This document shows positions 53,084 to 64,000 of a stretch of DNA of 64,000 bases, one piece after another. How positions within the stretch are numbered: position 1 is the first letter of the stretch; the number at the start of each line of letters is the position of its first letter. The notes beneath the pieces are model-generated. The model ran no database searches. It was not told the DNA's origin and was given only the letters and a program-made list of their open reading frames with translations. Source of the stretch: an uncultured Veillonellaceae bacterium (lineage in GTDB: Bacteria; Bacillota; Negativicutes; JARBTT01); the NCBI GenBank assembly GCA_963805085.1, contig CAWDTA010000001.1:256001-320000 (forward strand). Reading direction: 5' to 3'. Made by a program: the position numbers and the translations under genes.

Positions 53084-54310
53084 ATGAAAAGAATGAATGC
53101 AAAGAAAAGTTTTCTGAAGAGTGGGCACTTGCCTACACTTATCGCTTCCTTTCTTTATTTTGATATTAGTTTTATGATTTGGGTATTGCTCGGGATTACA
53201 TCTACCTTTATCGCAGCCGATCTTCACCTTACTCCCTATGAAAAAGGTTTAATGGTTGGTCTGCCAATTTTAGGTGGAGCTCTTTTACGTATTCCTATGG
53301 GATTATTGGCAGATCGATTTGGCGGTAAAATTACGGGTATGGGCGGGATGATTATTACCATGATCCCATTATTATGGGGTTGCTTTTTTGCTAGTAGTAT
53401 TTCAGAAATATACCTACTTGGTATATTACTTGGCGTTGCTGGTGCTAGCTTTGCAGTCGCTTTGCCCTTGGCAAGTCGTTGGTATCCACCGGAACATCAA
53501 GGCTTAGCTATGGGGATAGCCGGTGCTGGTAATAGTGGTACAGTGCTTGCCAGTTTATTTGCACCAAGATTAGCACAAATGCTAGGCTGGCATGCTGTTT
53601 ATGGGCTAGCTTTAATACCGCTAGTTATCACTTTTATTGTCTTTGCTGTACTGGCAAAAGATAATCCTAATTCACATAATCATAATAATATGGCAGCCTA
53701 TTTATCTTTGATTAAAGAAAGAGAAACTTGGCTTTTTAGCTTTTTTTATAGTCTTTCTTTTGGCGGGTTCGTCGGATTGACTAGCTATCTATCTATATTC
53801 TTTGTCGACCAATATAGTGTTAGCAAAGTTACTGCTGGAGATTTTGTAACTTTAGTCGTTATTGCTGGAAGTGCGATTCGTCCAATTGGTGGCTATTTCG
53901 CCGATAAAATTGGTGGAATGCGCATGTTAAGCGTTCTTTTTGTAGTATTGGCTATTGTTTTATGCCTAGTTGGGCTGATGCCGTCGGTGTATGTAAATTT
54001 GGGATTGCTTTTTTTTACTTTCTTATTATTTGGTTTGGCCAATGGTGCACTGTTCCAAGTTATTCCCACTAGTTGCCCGGATAAGGTAGGGCTAATGACT
54101 GGCTTTGTCGGCGCTGCCGGTGGTTTAGGCGGGTTTTTCTTGCCAACCCTTTTGGGGACGTTGAAAGAGTTAACCGGATCTTATGCGGATGGTTTTTGGG
54201 TTATCGCCGCTATTTTTCTGGTTGCAGTTGTATTGGTTGGCATTTTGCAAAAATCATGGAACCATAATGGCAGCGAAATAGGAGAGGATTCGAGTTTGCA
54301 TCATATATAA
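53084..54310 (+). CDS. Nitrate/nitrite MFS transporter (NasA/NarK1-like)
   Basis: GHLPTL, AGASFAVALP, GAGNSG, FGGFVG and NGALFQ motifs. Confidence 0.9.
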   Translation: MKRMNAKKSFLKSGHLPTLIASFLYFDISFMIWVLLGITSTFIAADLHLTPYEKGLMVGLPILGGALLRIPMGLLADRFGGKITGMGGMIITMIPLLWGCFFASSISEIYLLGILLGVAGASFAVALPLASRWYPPEHQGLAMGIAGAGNSGTVLASLFAPRLAQMLGWHAVYGLALIPLVITFIVFAVLAKDNPNSHNHNNMAAYLSLIKERETWLFSFFYSLSFGGFVGLTSYLSIFFVDQYSVSKVTAGDFVTLVVIAGSAIRPIGGYFADKIGGMRMLSVLFVVLAIVLCLVGLMPSVYVNLGLLFFTFLLFGLANGALFQVIPTSCPDKVGLMTGFVGAAGGLGGFFLPTLLGTLKELTGSYADGFWVIAAIFLVAVVLVGILQKSWNHNGSEIGEDSSLHHI

Positions 54311-54401
54311 ATTGCTATAATCTTTATTACGATGAGCAATAAAGAGGATATAGTAGAATTTAACTTAGATGAATTTAATAAATTGCATACATCCTTCTTT
54401 T

Positions 54402-54441
54402 TATACCAGTCATTTATTCTTCGAAATGACTGGTATATTTA
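54402..54441 (+). terminator. Stem-loop after the nitrate transporter gene
   Basis: TATACCAGTCATTT...AAATGACTGGTATA. Confidence 0.7.
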
Positions 54442-54548
54442 TATTTTGCGATTATCGTAATATTTTAGTCGAACTATTACATAATAAATGGTATAATTAA
54501 TAACTTGTAAGTAGCAGAAAAATTTAACATAAGAATGGAGAAGGTATA

Positions 54549-55916
54549 TTGAAAATAGAAATACCAGTTATCAGGGGACAAAAATATATTATAGACATCG
54601 TTAGCATGGGGCATAGCTGTGAAGGTGTTGGTAAATATAAAGACTTTACTGTGTTTATTCCTTTTGTATTAGTTGGGGAACAAGTAGAAGTCGTGATCAC
54701 TGAAGTAAAGAAAAGTTATGCAAAAGGTAAGATGCTGAATATATTAAAACCAAGTCCGGATCGCGTAGAACCAAAATGTGAGATTTACGATCAATGCGGT
54801 GGTTGCCAAATTCAACATCTAAATTATGAAGCACAATTAAAAGTAAAACGTCAACAAGTTGTTGATGCGATTGAACGGATCGGTAAACAAGAAAACGTCG
54901 TGATTCATCCAACGCTTGGTTCAGAAAATCCTTGGAATTATCGCAATAAAATGCAGGTTCCAGTTGCTAGAAAAAATAATGATGTCATGATTGGTTGCTA
55001 TGCACAAGGCACGCATACTGTTATTGATACCAAAAACTGTTTGATACAAAATGAAGCGAATAATACCATTGCCAATGCAGTTCGTGGCGTCATCAAAAGA
55101 TTGAATATCGGTACCTATGATGAAAAGACAGGTCGTGGTGTACTTCGTCATGTCATTGGCCGTGTTGGCAGTAATGGTGAAGTTATGGTCGTTTTGGTGA
55201 CAAGCACTGACGTTTTACCAAAACAAGAAAAAATCATCGCTGAATTACAGAGCAATATCCCTGGACTCGTTAGTATCATGCAAAATATTAATATGCAAGA
55301 TACCAATGTAATTATGGGGAAAAGAACATTGAACCTTTGGGGTAAATTAACGATTACTGATACACTGGGCGACTTTACATTCAATATATCCGCACGCTCT
55401 TTCTTCCAAGTTAACACGAAACAAGCCGAAGTGCTTTATAATAAAGCTGTGGAATATGCGCAGTTAACAGGAAAAGAAACTGTAATTGATACGTATTGTG
55501 GGACAGGTACGATCACATTATTTTTAGCAAAGAAAGCGAAAAAAGTATATGGTATCGAAATCGTAGAAGCTGCGATTAAAGATGCCAACAAGAATGCAGA
55601 AAACAATAATGTAACCAACACCGAGTTCCTTGTAGGCGATGCAACCGACGTGATGCCTGAACTTTACAAAATAGGTGTCCGCCCAGATGTTATCGTCGTA
55701 GATCCACCACGCGCTGGCTGCGACAAAGCCGTCCTAGAAAACTTCGCCCACCTGAAACCAAAACGCATCGTCTACGTATCCTGCAATCCAGCTTCCCTAG
55801 CTAGAGATATTGCGATACTATCAGAATTTGGCTATGTAGCCAAAGAAATTCAACCAGTTGATATGTTTAGTGAAACGAGTCATATTGAGTGTGTGGCGTT
55901 ATTAGAGAAAAAATAG
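54549..55916 (+). CDS. rlmD: 23S rRNA (uracil-5)-methyltransferase RlmD/RumA
   Basis: TRAM domain, CGGC, SFFQVN, VDPPRAG, YVSCNP and HIEC motifs. Confidence 0.95.
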   Translation: MKIEIPVIRGQKYIIDIVSMGHSCEGVGKYKDFTVFIPFVLVGEQVEVVITEVKKSYAKGKMLNILKPSPDRVEPKCEIYDQCGGCQIQHLNYEAQLKVKRQQVVDAIERIGKQENVVIHPTLGSENPWNYRNKMQVPVARKNNDVMIGCYAQGTHTVIDTKNCLIQNEANNTIANAVRGVIKRLNIGTYDEKTGRGVLRHVIGRVGSNGEVMVVLVTSTDVLPKQEKIIAELQSNIPGLVSIMQNINMQDTNVIMGKRTLNLWGKLTITDTLGDFTFNISARSFFQVNTKQAEVLYNKAVEYAQLTGKETVIDTYCGTGTITLFLAKKAKKVYGIEIVEAAIKDANKNAENNNVTNTEFLVGDATDVMPELYKIGVRPDVIVVDPPRAGCDKAVLENFAHLKPKRIVYVSCNPASLARDIAILSEFGYVAKEIQPVDMFSETSHIECVALLEKK

Positions 55917-55921
55917 GAAAT

Positions 55922-56105
55922 GTAGTAATAACTTCATAAATTTAAATAAAAATTCGTCTGGAGCATGTTTCTAGGCGAATTTTTGTTTTTAAATAGTGTC
56001 ATTTTTAGAAAAATATAGGAATTTTGAAGGAGTTTTTTGTCTTTGTATGGAAATTAAGAATTATACTTTGTTTAGTGTAAAATTTTAGACAAACAGAGCC
56101 GTCAT
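55922..56105 (+). repeat. Copy 1 (diverged) of the ~180-bp post-rlmD segment with terminator
   Basis: GTAGTAATAACTTCATAAA...CTAGGCGAATTTTT...TTAGTGTAAAA..TTAGACAAA.AGA.CCGTCAT, shared with 57374-57552 and 59145-59335. Confidence 0.85.
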
Positions 56106-56144
56106 AATTTGTTGTCAAAAGTCAGGTGGAAAGGAAAGGTATAT

Positions 56145-57008
56145 ATGGAAAATAAATTAAATACCAAAGTATTTATTAGCAGTGATCAATATGGTGGATT
56201 CGGTGTTTCATCAACGATTATATATGGTCCGACGGAGGCATTACTGTTTGATGCACAGTTTAGCCGTTCGAATGCGCATCGATTAGTAGCGGAAATTTTA
56301 GAAACAGGTCGTGAATTAAAGCAAATTTTTATCAGTCACTTGCATCCCGATCACTATTTAGGATTGAGTGTAATCAAGGAAGCCTTTCCGAAGGCCCGTG
56401 CTATAGCTTACAAGGAAACTGCTGAGCAAATTAATCATGCATTTGCTATGAAAATTGGTTATTGGGGACGCGAAATTTTAGGTGAAAATGGCTGTAAAAC
56501 AGTTGTTAAAGTTGAGCGCGTTGATGAGCCGTATCTTACTATAGATGATGAGAAAATTGAAATTATTGGAATATTTAGGGGCGATTGCCCGGGTTTAACT
56601 GCGCTGTGGGTTCCCTCTATAAAAACATTAGTTGCTGGAGATGCTGTATTTTCTGATGCACATCTCTGGGTAGCAGATGCTAGAACGCCAGAAAACAGGC
56701 AAGAATGGCTAGATAATCTGGACAAGTTGGAATCGTTAAATCCAGAGATTATTATTCCTGGCCATGCACCTAATGACAGGGAGTATATGCCTAATGGGAT
56801 TGAGTATTCACGTCGTTATCTTAAAGATTTTATTAGGGAACTTAAAGATTCTAAGAATGCTGCTGATTTAATGGAACGAATGAATAGACTTTATCCAAAG
56901 GCTGCAGTTCGAATTTGTTTGGAACTTAGTGCTAAGATTTTGAAAGATAAATATGAATGGGAGGGCGATTGGCCTTTATCACTAAAATATACAGAGCCTA
57001 TAATTTAA
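56145..57008 (+). CDS. Metallo-beta-lactamase-fold hydrolase
   Basis: HLHPDH, AGD and IPGH motifs; ATG after AAGGAAAGG. Confidence 0.88.
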   Translation: MENKLNTKVFISSDQYGGFGVSSTIIYGPTEALLFDAQFSRSNAHRLVAEILETGRELKQIFISHLHPDHYLGLSVIKEAFPKARAIAYKETAEQINHAFAMKIGYWGREILGENGCKTVVKVERVDEPYLTIDDEKIEIIGIFRGDCPGLTALWVPSIKTLVAGDAVFSDAHLWVADARTPENRQEWLDNLDKLESLNPEIIIPGHAPNDREYMPNGIEYSRRYLKDFIRELKDSKNAADLMERMNRLYPKAAVRICLELSAKILKDKYEWEGDWPLSLKYTEPII

Positions 57009-57137
57009 AGGTTTTTGGATAAGGTGAATTGGAAAGGTTGTGGCAGATTGCCAAAAAGAGGTGTATTCTTGTCTATGAAATATGAGCTAGAATACATGGA
57101 AAAGGCTGGTAGACTGAGTGACGATTTTCTTTGTCTA

Positions 57138-57370
57138 CAGATATTATCGTCGTAGACCCACCACGTGCAGGTTGCGACAAAGCCGTCCTAGAAAACTTCG
57201 CTCACCTGAAACCAAAACGTATGGCTTACGTATCCTGCAATCCAGCTTCCCTAGCTAGAGATATTGCTATACTATCAGAATTTGGCTATGTAGCAAAAGA
57301 AATTCAACCAGTCGATATGTTTAGTGAGACGAGTCATATTGAGAGTGTGGCATTGTTGGAGAAGAAATAG
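57138..57370 (+). pseudogene. rlmD: Duplicated 3' end (233 bp) of rlmD
   Basis: Colinear with 55684-55916; HIEC changed to HIES. Confidence 0.92.
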
Positions 57371-57373
57371 GAG

Positions 57374-57552
57374 AAGTAGTAATAACTTCATAAAACTAAG
57401 TTGAAAATTCGCCTAGAGAGATGTTTCTAGGCGAATTTTTTGTTTGAATAGTATTGTCTTAAGGAAAATAGAGAAATATTGAAGGTGTTCTTGTGTTTGT
57501 ATGTCAATTTATAAGCGAATTATACTTTTCTTAGTGTAAAAATTTAGACAAA
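57374..57552 (+). repeat. 179-bp direct repeat, left flank of the second IS110
   Basis: Matches 59145-59323 with 3 mismatches by manual alignment. Confidence 0.92.
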
Positions 57553-57673
57553 AACCTGCTAATAAAAATCAATAGCTTTTTAAAAATTTTTCCATGAATT
57601 TTCAAGATAAAAAAAGGCATAGCTAAGCAGTTCGGTTGATTTATAACAATCGAATTTTAAAACTTTTTTAAAT

Positions 57674-58879
57674 TTAAACTGCTACGGTCTCTTTTACTCG
57701 TGTATAATAAATTCTTAGAAATTTATTCAACCCCGCAATTTTAGCAACTTTTTTTGGTTTACCTTCTGACTCTTTCTTAAGTATATATCTGTATACCGCA
57801 TTATCATAATCTGGTTTCACTGTCTTTAAACACTTCATAATTTCATATCCTGTTTTACGTAAAATAGACGAGCCACGCTTAGAAATTTTTCTTTTTGTTG
57901 CTGTAAATCGCCCGGATTCATAAGGTGGTGTATCAAGACCTGCATATGCAATTAAAGAGCTCCCGTTATGAAACCTACGTACATCTCCGATTTCGGCAAT
58001 CAAACGTAGTGCTAATTTGTCACCGACACCCGGCATTGCACGAACAATGCTGTATTCTTTCAAACTCTTTGCTAACTCATTCATTCGTGCTAAAATATTG
58101 TGTAAGGACTTCTCTGTTTGGAGAAGTACCTTGACAGCTTCTTGTACGAGCATTTTGGTCGATGGCGTACTGGAAGGCAATGTTTGGATACCTGTCTGGG
58201 CTAAAGCATATATTTGATATGCTTTAGCCCAGACAGGTATCCCCTTTTATTTGCCCATTTGACATACGTATCTACAAAATGTTTTTCTCCTTTGTTAGTG
58301 ATTATGTCATAATGCCAGAATTTAAAAGCAAAATCTCCAATTTTATTATGAGAAAAATCAGCAGAAGAACTTTTAAGTAAATCCTTGATGCTTGGCATGG
58401 TACGATCAAGAATACACGTAAGAGTGATTTTAGATTTTAGACTTTACATACATTCCCATGAATTGAATGTACTGACGCCCCAGTATTTTTAATTCATCAT
58501 ATATTTTTTCATCAGGGCGATAATCGGTTAAATCAAACCAATGGTCAATACCGAAGTTAGCAATTCTGCCAGCGTCTATTTTATCCGTCTTTGCTTTACG
58601 TAATGAAACATTGATATATTTTTTCATAACTAAAGGATTAACTACCGAAACAAAGATGCCGTTTTCTTTCATAAACGCTAGAACGGGCAGATGGTAATAG
58701 CCAGTTGCCTCCAATACAACACGTGTTTCCTCGTTAAATTGGTTAATTGTTTTTACCAGTGATGCCAAATCTTCTATTGTGTGCATAATTTCAAATGATC
58801 GCTGAATAATTTCACCATAAGGCTTCAAAACACAGACGGTGCTCTTACCTTTTGAAACATCAATTCCTACACTAATCAA
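57674..58879 (-). pseudogene. Frameshifted IS110 transposase (three ORF pieces)
   Basis: GIDVSK, LEATGYY and KTDKIDA in 58430-58879; AYAGLD...ESG and SKRG in 57674-58180; two frame changes. Confidence 0.92.
58186..58242. repeat. Perfect 26-bp inverted repeat with a 5-nt loop inside the transposase pseudogene
   Basis: GGATACCTGTCTGGGCTAAAGCATAT-ATTTG-ATATGCTTTAGCCCAGACAGGTATCC. Confidence 0.95.
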
Positions 58880-58899
58880 TGTATATACCTCCTAATATT

Positions 58900-59130
58900 G
58901 ATATTAGTGAAATGGTATCCGATCCTACTTATTACTCTTCATTTTAATTCGTTACACGAAAGCCAAAGAATGGTTTCAACCTGCTTAATCGAAGATTTAT
59001 AATAGGAGGATGGCAGACTGTTTTTGTCACGGATGCGAAATCCAAAGAACCGTACGTCTGACCATATACTCCTCTTAATTATAATAAAAATAAGTGCAAA
59101 CAACTAAATTTTTATATTTAGTGTTCGCAT
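58900..59130 (-). ncRNA. Putative bridge RNA of the second IS110
   Basis: Loop CAGAC-gtACGGTTCTT-tgga..tccg-tGACAAAAAca-GTCTG, and a second loop with AGCAGGTT identical to the element's right end. Confidence 0.65.
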
Positions 59131-59144
59131 TTTTATAGTACTAA

Positions 59145-59323
59145 AAGTAGTAATAACTTCATAAAACTAAGTTGAAAATTCGCCTAGAGAGATGTTTCTA
59201 GGCGAATTTTTTGTTTGAATAGTATTGTCTTAAGGAAAATAGAGGAATATTGAAGGTGTTCTTGTATTTGTATGGCAATTTATAAGCGAATTATACTTTT
59301 CTTAGTGTAAAAATTTAGACAAA
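59145..59323 (+). repeat. 179-bp direct repeat, right flank of the second IS110
   Basis: Matches 57374-57552; contains terminator AAAATTCGCCTAGAGAGATGTTTCTAGGCGAATTTTTT. Confidence 0.92.
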
Positions 59324-59345
59324 TAGAACCGTCATCTTGTATTTA

Positions 59346-59413
59346 AATTGGTCTTCAACTTGAACGGAAATTGATTGGAATGGTCATTACAAATGCCAAT
59401 GTCATATTTGAAA
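59346..59413 (+). repeat. 68-bp copy of the 5' coding end of the collagen-like gene
   Basis: Matches 59522-59589 with 3 mismatches. Confidence 0.9.
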
Positions 59414-59513
59414 ATATATAACCATATACGTATTTATGAGATAAAATCACTTTTGGGCGGAGGACGTGTGATTATAATACCATCATTTTTGAAAATTCGG
59501 GGGGGGGGTTCTA

Positions 59514-64000
<4,487 letters not shown>

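Larger units (their letters stand above)
57553..59144 (-). mobile_element. Second IS110-family element (decayed)
   Basis: Bounded by the direct repeats; right end TATTGATTTTTATTAGCAGGTT, left end TTAGTACTATAAAA; contains a fragmented transposase. Confidence 0.88.

Noticed and set aside
56145-57008. MBL-fold gene as a beta-lactam resistance gene
   Set aside because: No signal peptide and only the generic HxHxDH fold motif; substrate cannot be inferred
57109-57140. GTAGAC...TTTGTCTACAG at the rlmD-tail junction, resembling the MITE terminal repeat
   Set aside because: Only about 10 bp of similarity and no partner end found; chance cannot be excluded
57131-57370. 79-aa ORF as an independent gene
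   Set aside because: It is the duplicated rlmD tail, lacking an RBS and the catalytic Cys
55922-59335. Three ~180-bp repeats as a CRISPR array or integron attC array
   Set aside because: Repeats are far too long, spacing is irregular, and no cas or integrase gene is present

Overview
AT-rich chromosomal window from a Firmicute. The pcrA-ligA-gatCAB gene order, a signal-peptide protein ending in a beta-barrel and a Tat-exported molybdoenzyme suggest a diderm Negativicute (inference). Contents in order: (1) a c-di-GMP-I riboswitch followed by a Gram-positive-type Pel exopolysaccharide operon (SDR-PelD fusion, pelE, pelA deacetylase, pelF, pelG), extended by an unannotated coiled-coil/outer-membrane beta-barrel gene and a GH114/GH166-like hydrolase; (2) housekeeping genes (MCP, ttcA, CBS-PPase, pcrA, ligA, gatCAB) with two copies of a structured MITE-like repeat; (3) a ~29 kb anaerobic respiration region (mobAB, DMSO-reductase-family operon, NIT-like chemoreceptor, narK, Bacillus-type fnr with three Fnr boxes and a candidate Fnr-driven sRNA, narGHJI split by an IS110, ccmABCEF, nrfHA, second nitrate transporter); (4) rlmD followed by a duplicated 3' end, an MBL-fold gene, a decayed IS110 between 179-bp direct repeats, and a very long proline-free collagen-like gene that runs off the window and is missing from the ORF track. 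Best leads: the candidate Pel outer-membrane export protein, and two IS110 elements whose bridge-RNA guides can be read against their flanks. One is aimed at a Shine-Dalgarno sequence; the other leaves its target intact beside a long duplication. All calls come from motif reading only; no searches were run.
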